Source: Armatimonadota bacterium (GTDB lineage Bacteria > Armatimonadota > UBA5829 > DTLH01). From it: a stretch of 24,516 nucleotides of DNA. Location of the stretch: positions 1 through 24,516 of the forward strand of contig JBDKSP010000111.1 in NCBI GenBank assembly GCA_039680575.1, given 5' to 3'. The translations under genes were made by a program, and so were the position numbers. Shown one piece after another: positions 1-7,668 of the stretch (positions are counted from its first letter, which is position 1; each line of letters starts with the position of its first letter). Under the pieces are notes generated by a model. That model had not been told where the DNA came from. It saw nothing but the letters and a program-made list of their open reading frames with translations, and made no database searches.

Positions 1-167
1 GTTTGTACCCACGATTACTACTTCGACACTGATCCTCAAAGTACCTGTGTCGTAATTGTTAAATTACATGGCTATTTCATGTAACATACCCGCTCCTCTT
101 CTGCTTCCTTAAAAACGATGCTCCTGAAGGCGATATATCAGCGAACGCTGCACTCGGTACCCACAAT

Positions 168-3089
168 GTGACAGTAATCGCCTCCGACGCAGCAGGGAAT
201 ACCGGCAGCGATTGCAATATGGCATACACAACCGCTCAAGTGTTAGGGATAGGGTGCAAAGACGCTCTCTCCACTCTCCTCACGCAGTCGGCTTCCTTCG
301 TGTCCGCGCATCTCTTCAAGGTGTGGGGAAATTGCACTTACATCGACGAAAATTCATTCTGGATAGATGATGGCTCTGGCTCCAACCACCATGTGAAGGT
401 TGTATCGCCGGGCCATGTTGTGTGCAACGGTGATTTTGTTGTTGCATACGGCGAGCTTGATCCAAGCGCAGCGCCTGCGATAATAAACAATGCACGCTAT
501 AATATCCTGGTTATGGGACAACGTCAGGAGATAAATATAGGCAACGCGACCGTCGGCAAGGACCTTATGACTTCGCTGAACGGCTACTTGCCTTATGCGG
601 TCCAATACGGTACAAAGCTCAAGGTAGTAATCACCAGTTCTGACCCAAACAAGGTTACTCTCTCCAAAACATCCGACGCAGTCGGCAGTGGCAGTATTAC
701 ACTGACGGTAAACGGCGGATCATCCACTTTGCCTGCATTCTATGTCCATGGTCTGGCTGATTCAGGCATCGTGGATGTAACTGCTACCGGACAGGGTGGT
801 TTGGGAAAAGTATTCAAGGTTACGCTGGCTCCATCCGGGTTTGTGATCTACAGCCCCGGCAACTTCAGCACGACTTCGTTCTCGAATAGCACGGACATTG
901 ATGTCAGACCAGCCATGCTGAACTCATCTACACATGTCTACGCAGCAAACCAGCCTCTGAGACCGGGAGTAGGTCCCATCAGTGTGCCTGTCAATAGTTC
1001 TGACACGCAGGTTGGCACGATTACTCTAAGCCCTCTCAACATTGCTGCCGGACAATCCAGTGTAAAGGCACAGTTTGATCCTGTGGGAGCCGGTTCCGCA
1101 ACGGTTTCGATCGGTAATCCTGAAGGGTTCACTACCCCGACAAACAAGCAATCGATCACTGCTACGGTCACAGCTTCTTCCATCACAGCATACGACATCA
1201 GTGTAGGACGCGATCTGCAGACCAGTACAAGCTGTTATCTACAGGTGGCTCCACCCGAGCCTGTAGATGTGACTGTAACAGTCGATTCATCAGTGGCTAC
1301 GGTTACTACTGACCCTGCAGTCGAAGGGACAGCAAGCATTACCTTCAGCAGCGTAGGAAACAGTAACAGCAAGGTGTTTTATGTGCAGGGTCGCAGCCTT
1401 GGTACAGCCAAATTGACTGTATCGGCTCTGGGCTATAACTCTGTGGAAAAGACGATCACAGTAAACCCGTCCGGGTTTGTGATCTACAGTCCCGGTAACT
1501 TCAGCACGACTACGTTTGCAAGCAACACGTCGATCGACATAAGGCCCGTAATGCTGAATGCCAGTACTCTTGCCTATGCTTCTCCTCAGAACCTGAGAGG
1601 CGGAATGGCGGATATTACGGTTCCCGTCAGCACATCGAATACAGATGTAGGTGTCCTTACCGCATCGAGTGTCACCATCGGAGCTAACATAAACAGTGCG
1701 AAGACGCAGTTTGATCCTGTAGGAGCCGGTTCCGCAACGGTTTCGGTTGGTACGCCTGAAGGGTTCACTACCCCGACAAACAAGCAATCGATCACTGCTA
1801 CGGTCACAGCTTCTTCCATCACAGCATACGACATCAGTGTGGGACGCGATCTGCAGACCAGTACAAGCTGTTATCTGCAGGTGACTCCACCGCAGGCCGT
1901 AGATGTGACGGTAACAGTCGGTTCATCATCGGTGGCTACGGTTACTACAGACCCTGCAGTCGAAGGATCATCCAGTGTTACATTCAGCGGCGTGGTAAGT
2001 ACTGCAAGTAAAGCATTTTATGTGCAGGGCCGCAGCATTGGCACAACTACACTGACTGTATCGGCACCCGGTTATAACCCTGTGGTAAAGACGATCACTG
2101 TAAACCCATCAGGGTTCATGATCTACAGCCCCAGCAGTATTAACACGACATACTACTCTGTATCAACAGATGTGGATATCAGGTCTGTTATGCTGAATGC
2201 CAATACTCTTGCATATACTGCCCCTCAGAACCTGAGAGGCGGGATAACGAGTGTTACAGTCCCTGTGGCAATATCCGATGTAACAGTTGGTACGCTTTCC
2301 GCGAATTCCGTTACGCTTTCGGGGAACACCGGCAGCGCAAAAGTGTCTTTCCAGCCTGTTGCTGCGGGAAGTGCTGTAATATCCATTGGCACACCTGATG
2401 GATTTGATACATCGGCAACCAGGAATACGATTTCTGTGACGGTTGCTGCTCCCGCCATTACAACATATGATGTATGTGTAGGACGTGACCTGCAGACCAG
2501 CACAAGTTTCTATCTGCAGACAGCTCCGCCGCAGCCTGTAGATGTGACCGTAACAGTCGGTTCATCATCGGTGGCTACGGTTACTACAGACCCTCTGGTT
2601 GAGGGATCATCCAGCGTTATATTCAGTAGTGTGGGAAATACTAACAGTAAACAGTTTTATGTGCAGGGACGTGGCCTCGGAACAACTACACTTACAATAT
2701 CGGTACCGGGCTATAGCCCTGTGGAAAAGACGATCACTGTAAACCCGTCCGGGTTTGTTATCTACAGCCCCGGCAGCTTTACTACCAATGTGGGCGCTGT
2801 TAGCTCCAGTTTGGATATAAGACCTGCGCGGTTGGATCCTTCTAATTTCACTTACTCCGCTGCACAGCAATTGCGAGGAGGATTGACGGTCAATGTCGAG
2901 GTAGTAAGTTCGAATACAAGCATTGGGGTAATCACCATTAGCCCATTAACGTTCGATTCGAATGGAAATTCAGCAGTAACGAAGTTCACTCCGCTGGTGG
3001 CAGGAACATGCACGGTCTCTGTAGTTCCGCCGGAAGGGTTCAGTACCCCTACAACGAGACGTGAGATCGATGTGACTGTGAATCAGTAG
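168..3089 (+). CDS. Large Ser/Thr/Val-rich tandem-repeat beta-sandwich (Ig-like) surface/adhesin-type protein; probably 5'-truncated
   Basis: 973-aa ORF with four ~212-217-aa repeats (VG[KR]DL motif at 552, 1203, 1839, 2478; PSGF[VM]IYSP in each). There is no signal peptide, and the GTG start has no RBS. The frame stays open upstream to a TAA at 60-62. Confidence 0.8.
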   Translation: MTVIASDAAGNTGSDCNMAYTTAQVLGIGCKDALSTLLTQSASFVSAHLFKVWGNCTYIDENSFWIDDGSGSNHHVKVVSPGHVVCNGDFVVAYGELDPSAAPAIINNARYNILVMGQRQEINIGNATVGKDLMTSLNGYLPYAVQYGTKLKVVITSSDPNKVTLSKTSDAVGSGSITLTVNGGSSTLPAFYVHGLADSGIVDVTATGQGGLGKVFKVTLAPSGFVIYSPGNFSTTSFSNSTDIDVRPAMLNSSTHVYAANQPLRPGVGPISVPVNSSDTQVGTITLSPLNIAAGQSSVKAQFDPVGAGSATVSIGNPEGFTTPTNKQSITATVTASSITAYDISVGRDLQTSTSCYLQVAPPEPVDVTVTVDSSVATVTTDPAVEGTASITFSSVGNSNSKVFYVQGRSLGTAKLTVSALGYNSVEKTITVNPSGFVIYSPGNFSTTTFASNTSIDIRPVMLNASTLAYASPQNLRGGMADITVPVSTSNTDVGVLTASSVTIGANINSAKTQFDPVGAGSATVSVGTPEGFTTPTNKQSITATVTASSITAYDISVGRDLQTSTSCYLQVTPPQAVDVTVTVGSSSVATVTTDPAVEGSSSVTFSGVVSTASKAFYVQGRSIGTTTLTVSAPGYNPVVKTITVNPSGFMIYSPSSINTTYYSVSTDVDIRSVMLNANTLAYTAPQNLRGGITSVTVPVAISDVTVGTLSANSVTLSGNTGSAKVSFQPVAAGSAVISIGTPDGFDTSATRNTISVTVAAPAITTYDVCVGRDLQTSTSFYLQTAPPQPVDVTVTVGSSSVATVTTDPLVEGSSSVIFSSVGNTNSKQFYVQGRGLGTTTLTISVPGYSPVEKTITVNPSGFVIYSPGSFTTNVGAVSSSLDIRPARLDPSNFTYSAAQQLRGGLTVNVEVVSSNTSIGVITISPLTFDSNGNSAVTKFTPLVAGTCTVSVVPPEGFSTPTTRREIDVTVNQ
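530..3089 (+). repeat. Four intragenic tandem repeats, spacing 651/636/639 bp
   Basis: 86-bp perfect identity between 1119-1204 and 1755-1840; 45-bp perfect identity between 1911-1955 and 2550-2594. Confidence 0.95.
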
Positions 3090-3104
3090 AATACAGGGGA
3101 TTCA

Positions 3105-3146
3105 GGCTTGCTTCGGCGTAAAAAATGCGCCGAAGCAAGCCCCTTT
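3105..3146 (+). terminator. Hairpin terminator of the repeat-protein gene
   Basis: 14-bp perfect stem GGCTTGCTTCGGCG / CGCCGAAGCAAGCC, followed by CCTTT, 15 bp after the stop codon. Confidence 0.75.
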
Positions 3147-3189
3147 AATTGGAGCTATTACTGCGACATAATAGGCGTTCCAAGATGGC

Positions 3190-3229
3190 AAAAAGGCACT
3201 GAAACGGGTATTTCGCCATTTCAGTGCCT
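3190..3229 (-). terminator. Intrinsic terminator of topA
   Basis: Minus strand reads AGGCACTGAAA...TTTCAGTGCCT followed by TTTT, ~20 bp after the topA stop. Confidence 0.8.
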
Positions 3230-3250
3230 CGATTTTGGTTATTTCTAGTG

Positions 3251-5506
3251 CTAAGCTACCGGCTGATCTTCTTCTGTCTCTTCCTTTTTCTTCGTTGAGC
3301 CCTTTTCCTCGTAGCTGCATTCGCTGGAGAGGCACTTATAGCCGGTCAGACGCCCTCTCCAGCGCTGCTCCACGATCACGGAGCCGCACTGCGGGCATTT
3401 GCGGTCTGTCGGTTTTCCCCAGCTCACGAAGTTGCAGTCAGGATACCTGTTGCAGCCGTAGAATATCTTCCGTTTCTTGGACATCTTCTCGACGACATCG
3501 CCCTCGCCGCAGATCGGGCACTTGATCCCGACCTTTTTATCGATCGGCATAGTCGTCTTGCATTCAGGATAACCGGAACACCCCAAAAACTCGCCAGTAC
3601 GGCCTGTGCGGATCAACATCTTCTTTCCGCAGTTCGGGCAGTCGATATCAGTCTCTTTGGGCTCGACCGCGGGGATCTTCTCACGCTCGACTTTGACGAT
3701 AGTCTTGCATTCAGGATACCCTGAGCACCCCAGGAATGGGCCGAAACGCCCTCTCTTGATGACCATAGGCTTTCCGCAGTTCGGACACGCGCGCTCGGCT
3801 CCTTCGGGACCCCATTGCGCTTCTTCAAGCGACTTTGCAAATGGTCCATAGAAGTCCTGCAGAAGCTTATGCCAGTCCATCTTGCCGTTTTCGACTGTAT
3901 CGAGCTCGGTTTCGATCAAAGCTGTGAATTTAACGTCCAAGATTTTGGGGAAATGTTGGACTAAATAGTCAGTAACGGCAAACCCCAGGTCTGTCGGTTT
4001 GAATTTTTTCTCTTCAAGCACGGTATAACCGCGGTCCTGAATCGTCGAAATAATAGATGCGTATGTGCTTGGCCTGCCGATTCCATTTTCTTCCAGCGCC
4101 TTGACGAGTGTCGCCTCTGTATAGCGTGGTGGCGGCTCCGTAAAGTGCTGGTTCGGATTAAGATCGAGGAGTTTCAGAATCTCGTCGACTTTCATCCTTG
4201 GGAGCGGCGGTCGCTCTTCGTCGGTGATAAGTGCGTCGTCCTTGCCTTCAGTATAAACAGCCTTGAACCCGGGGAACTTGATGGTCGAGCCTGTTGCCCT
4301 GAATGTAAACCGTTTTGCGCCTACATCTACTGTTACGACATCGAAAACAGCCGGGCTCATCTGGCTTGCAACGAACCTTTGCCAGATCAACTTGTAAAGC
4401 CTGGACTGGTCACGGTTCAGGAGGTCCGACACCTGATCTGGATGCCGAAGTACGGATGTCGGCCTGATCGCTTCGTGCGCGTCCTGGACACCCTTCTTAG
4501 CCTTCGATTTCCTCGGCGTAGCCGGTATATATTCCTTGCCGAAAGTCTGTTGTATATACTCGCGAGCCTCTTCCTGCGCTTCCGCCGACACGCGGGTCGA
4601 ATCGGTTCTCATATAAGTGATAAGCCCGACATGACCGGACTCGCCAAGCTCGATGCCTTCGTAGAGCTGCTGGGCGGCCATCATCGTGCGTTTGGCGGAA
4701 AACCCGAGCTTACGCGCGGCTTCCTGCTGCAGTGTGCTCGTGATGAACGGCATCGCCGGGTTCCGCTTCTGCTCCTTCTGGGTGATCTTGGAAACTGTAT
4801 AAAGAGCGTCTTCAAGCTCATCGAGGATAGACTTCGCCTCTGTCTCATTTTTAACTTCGGCTTTATTACCGTCTATCTGAGCGAGTTTTGCTTCAAACGG
4901 CTGCATCTTTCCCTCAGGGGTGAGTTTAGCCGTGAGCGACCAGTACTCGACAGGGACAAATGCCAGAAGCTCACGCTCGCGGTCGCAGATCATCCTTACT
5001 GCAACGGACTGCACACGTCCTGCCGAAAGATTCCGCTTGACCTTCTGCCAGAGCAGCGGGCTGAGCTTGTAACCTACGATACGGTCCAGGAGCCTTCTTG
5101 CCTGCTGCGCGTTGACACGGTCAATATCGATCTGCCTCGGCGACTCAAGGGCATGAGTGACTGCCTGTTTGGTTATCTCGTTGAATTCTATACGCTTGGC
5201 TGACTTCAGCTTGAGCGCTTGATAAAGATGCCATGAAATTGCCTCACCCTCTCTATCAGGGTCCGAGGCCAGATAGACTACATCAGCCTCCTTGACTGCA
5301 TCTTTCAGGCGTTTGAGCACATCCTTTCGCTCAGGTATGATGTCATATTTAGGCGCGAAATCGTTGTCCACATCCACGCCGAAGTCCTTTTTGGGCAGGT
5401 CGCGTACGTGTCCCATCGATGCCTCGATCATGTAATTGGGACCAAGAAAACCTTTGAGCGTGCGCGTTTTAGCCGGCGACTCCACAATGATGAGTGACTT
5501 CCCCAT
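3251..5506 (-). CDS. topA: DNA topoisomerase I (type IA)
   Basis: TOPRIM motifs 'LIIVESPAK' and 'ASDPDREGE', 'SAGRVQS', catalytic 'ITYMRTDS', 'GIGRPSTY', and four C-terminal C4 zinc ribbons. AGGAG RBS upstream. Confidence 0.99.
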   Translation of the reverse strand: MGKSLIIVESPAKTRTLKGFLGPNYMIEASMGHVRDLPKKDFGVDVDNDFAPKYDIIPERKDVLKRLKDAVKEADVVYLASDPDREGEAISWHLYQALKLKSAKRIEFNEITKQAVTHALESPRQIDIDRVNAQQARRLLDRIVGYKLSPLLWQKVKRNLSAGRVQSVAVRMICDRERELLAFVPVEYWSLTAKLTPEGKMQPFEAKLAQIDGNKAEVKNETEAKSILDELEDALYTVSKITQKEQKRNPAMPFITSTLQQEAARKLGFSAKRTMMAAQQLYEGIELGESGHVGLITYMRTDSTRVSAEAQEEAREYIQQTFGKEYIPATPRKSKAKKGVQDAHEAIRPTSVLRHPDQVSDLLNRDQSRLYKLIWQRFVASQMSPAVFDVVTVDVGAKRFTFRATGSTIKFPGFKAVYTEGKDDALITDEERPPLPRMKVDEILKLLDLNPNQHFTEPPPRYTEATLVKALEENGIGRPSTYASIISTIQDRGYTVLEEKKFKPTDLGFAVTDYLVQHFPKILDVKFTALIETELDTVENGKMDWHKLLQDFYGPFAKSLEEAQWGPEGAERACPNCGKPMVIKRGRFGPFLGCSGYPECKTIVKVEREKIPAVEPKETDIDCPNCGKKMLIRTGRTGEFLGCSGYPECKTTMPIDKKVGIKCPICGEGDVVEKMSKKRKIFYGCNRYPDCNFVSWGKPTDRKCPQCGSVIVEQRWRGRLTGYKCLSSECSYEEKGSTKKKEETEEDQPVA

Positions 5507-5608
5507 CTGATTTCTCGTTATCTCCTATATCACAAATATCACAAAGAAAGACAACCCCGGGCGGTCCGAAGTTGCCGTGAATTGCCATCAATTTCTCACT
5601 GGCGTAGT

Positions 5609-5637
5609 ATGGTACCACGAGTTTGCAACCGCGTCAA
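5609..5637 (-). promoter_or_regulatory. sigma70-type promoter of topA
   Basis: Minus strand TTGACG-17 bp-TACCAT with an extended -10 TG. Confidence 0.65.
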
Positions 5638-5714
5638 GAAAGCAGGCCTGCTGGAATATGGAATAGGGATGAATCCAACCGGGTAAGTAAAAACGCTGTG
5701 GAAAAACGGAGGGT

Positions 5715-6098
5715 ATGATGGAGAAGCATTTTCGGTTACTCGGGTATCTGTTCATCATCTATGGGGTATGGGTTCTGGTCAACATAGTGCTGGCTGTCCT
5801 TTTTTTCGTGTCTGGTGGGAAACGGGCAGCCGTCCCTCCCGGTCAGGAGACGGTCTCGATCATATTAGCTGTTATATTTGCCATACTCTTTTCCATTACC
5901 GGTTGGGCGCTTCTTGCGAGGCGATACTGGGCAAGGTCGGTATCGATTGCAGCCTCTATAATCGCACTGTTGAGTATTCCCATAGGCACTGCTCTTGGTA
6001 TTTACGGGCTGTGGGTAATGTTTTCGGAGAATGGCAGGCGTGAGTATCCTCTCTACGCGGGTTCTCCTCCGCCTGAGCATCCAGTTCCGGGACAGTAG
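5715..6098 (+). CDS. Small integral membrane protein (3-4 TM), unknown function
   Basis: GGAGG RBS, hydrophobic helices, and a 'WAR...LLSIPIGTALGIYGLWV' pattern typical of a conserved hypothetical membrane family. Confidence 0.85.
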   Translation: MMEKHFRLLGYLFIIYGVWVLVNIVLAVLFFVSGGKRAAVPPGQETVSIILAVIFAILFSITGWALLARRYWARSVSIAASIIALLSIPIGTALGIYGLWVMFSENGRREYPLYAGSPPPEHPVPGQ

Positions 6099-6100
6099 AA

Positions 6101-6197
6101 TGGCGGGACCGTGTGGGAATCGAACCCACCCGAGAGCATTGTCAGCCCTCACACAGGTTTTGAAGACCAGGCAAGCCACCAGGCCCGATCCGGCCCC
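6101..6197 (-). tRNA. selC: tRNA-Sec (anticodon UCA)
   Basis: 97 nt. 8-position acceptor stem GGGGCCGG/ACGGTCCC, 6-bp D stem with TGGT loop, anticodon loop CT-TCA-AA (6161-6163), long variable arm GAGGGC/GCTCTC, T arm GTGGG-TTCGATT-CCCAC, G discriminator and encoded CCA. Confidence 0.97.
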
Positions 6198-6210
6198 TTG
6201 AAGTAGATTT

Positions 6211-6239
6211 ATTGTACGGGTGTGCCTATCAAAAGTCAA
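6211..6239 (-). promoter_or_regulatory. sigma70-type promoter of selC
   Basis: Minus strand TTGACT-17 bp-TACAAT, 13 bp upstream of the mature tRNA 5' end. Confidence 0.8.
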
Positions 6240-6265
6240 ATATTTTGAGGAGGAAGATTGCTCCC

Positions 6266-6294
6266 TTCCGAATCAAGCACAGCTATGATATAAT
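6266..6294 (+). promoter_or_regulatory. Extended -10 promoter for DUF4446 and probably the ECF sigma gene
   Basis: TTCCGA-17 bp-TATAAT with TGn extension, divergent from the selC promoter. Confidence 0.55.
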
Positions 6295-6324
6295 GTGTTG
6301 GATGGGACGGAGGAACAGGGCTGC

Positions 6325-6828
6325 ATGAATTGGATCGACATACTATTCGAGCTTGTGCAAGAGCACGGAGCGCTTATTACTCTAATACTATCAGCACTTG
6401 TGCTGTGCCTTCTTATCTTTAGCTTATACGTTTCTATTAAACTGGGTAGACTTTTCAAAAGCGGTGACTCATCAGCCGCAGCTGCTAACCTGCCGGTCGA
6501 TAGCGTAGAACTCGCAAAACGGCTTGTCGGGGCGGAAGACGGGATTGCACGGCTTCAGTCAAGCCAGGAGTCGTTGACGGTGCAATTGGCTGGAAGCCTG
6601 CAGAATATTGGCCTCGTGAGGTTTGATGCGTTTCCTGATGTTGGCGGAGCGCAAAGCTTTGCCGTGGCGCTTCTGGACCAGAATAAAAATGGTGTGGTGA
6701 TAAGCAGTCTCTACGGTCGTACTGATTCGCGTATTTATGCCAAAGAGATTGTAGGAGGCCGCTCCAGCCACACATTGTCCGACGAAGAGATGGATGCCAT
6801 CCGCCGGGCAAAGAGTCCGTCAGAATAA
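6325..6828 (+). CDS. DUF4446 family membrane-anchored protein
   Basis: N-terminal TM and coiled coil, then 'IGLVRFDAFPDVGGAQSFAVALLD...GVVISSLYGRTDSRIYAK...LSDEE'. ATG at 6325 follows GGAGGA. Confidence 0.9.
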   Translation: MNWIDILFELVQEHGALITLILSALVLCLLIFSLYVSIKLGRLFKSGDSSAAAANLPVDSVELAKRLVGAEDGIARLQSSQESLTVQLAGSLQNIGLVRFDAFPDVGGAQSFAVALLDQNKNGVVISSLYGRTDSRIYAKEIVGGRSSHTLSDEEMDAIRRAKSPSE

Positions 6829-6862
6829 TTATCTGCTTCGATGTCCGAGTATCGGGTGCGTA

Positions 6863-7462
6863 ATGAGCGATATCAATGATAAGAGCCTTGATAATGCGTT
6901 GATTCAGCGCTGCAAACAAGGAGATATCATAGCGTTCAACGAACTTGTGGAACGCTATGAAAAGCGTGTGTTTAACTTCGCCTACCGCATGTCCGGTAAC
7001 TACGATGACGCAAACGATGTCTCACAGGAAGCATTCATCCGAGTCTTCAACTCTATCAATACTTTCAGGGGCGATGCGAATTTTACTACCTGGCTCTATC
7101 GTATCGTAACGAATGTCTATCTGGACGAACGCAAAAAACAGAAATCCCACTTGCATACATCGCTTGAAGATTACATAGAACTCGAAGAGAATACCGTCAC
7201 ACGGCAGATCGAAGACGGTAACCCGACACCGGACCGTCAGGTCGAGGCAGGGGAGCGAAATGATCTATTGAACAATGCTATCCAGCAGCTCCCTGAGTAC
7301 CAGAAGATCATGGTCATTCTCTATCACACCCAGAATAAATCGTATGACGAGATAGCTCAGATAATGAAGCTGCCTATCGGTACGGTAAAATCCAGATTGA
7401 ATCGTGCAAGAATTGCTCTTAAAGAGAAACTAGAGCCAATTCGGGAACTTTTCAACATCTAG
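6863..7462 (+). CDS. ECF sigma-70 factor (RpoE/SigW-like)
   Basis: Region 2 'DANDVSQEAFIRVF...FTTWLYRIVTN' and region 4 'SYDEIAQIMKLPIGTVKSRLNRAR'. Start placed at ATG 6863 because the longer ORF overlaps DUF4446. Confidence 0.97.
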   Translation: MSDINDKSLDNALIQRCKQGDIIAFNELVERYEKRVFNFAYRMSGNYDDANDVSQEAFIRVFNSINTFRGDANFTTWLYRIVTNVYLDERKKQKSHLHTSLEDYIELEENTVTRQIEDGNPTPDRQVEAGERNDLLNNAIQQLPEYQKIMVILYHTQNKSYDEIAQIMKLPIGTVKSRLNRARIALKEKLEPIRELFNI

Positions 7463-7472
7463 GTAGGTCTAG
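7444..7472 (+). promoter_or_regulatory. sigmaE-type (ECF) promoter overlapping the sigma gene 3' end
   Basis: GGAACTT (7444-7450)-16 bp-GTCTA (7467-7471). Confidence 0.7.
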
Positions 7473-7668
7473 GTAGTATAGGAAAGAGAAATAAACAGGA
7501 GGGCATTGTGTCTGCCTGTACGTAGTGATGCAGGTAGTAGTCGCACAGACTGCATGATGATTGCGAGATGCGCGCAGGGTAGGCGTATTATCGTTTATTT
7601 GCGTGTGAAGAGTGTGAGGGTAATTCATTTAGGAGTGGATTGCTTACTGGCAAGCGGAGCGTTATTAT

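Noticed and set aside
3540..3790. Internal repeat in the 3' part of topA
   Set aside because: Ordinary duplicated zinc-ribbon domains of type IA topoisomerases.
4145..5203. 352-aa ORF antisense to topA, and similar long antisense ORFs at 19772-20731, 21587-22300, 18638-19261 and 15155-15766
   Set aside because: They lie wholly opposite well-conserved genes, have no recognisable motifs or RBS, and are expected codon-bias shadows.
5507..6100. Possible island integrated at selC
   Set aside because: I saw no integrase and no duplicate of the tRNA 3' end, and topA follows after one small gene.
5865..6239. 124-aa minus-strand ORF
   Set aside because: It runs through tRNA-Sec and antisense to a credible membrane-protein gene.
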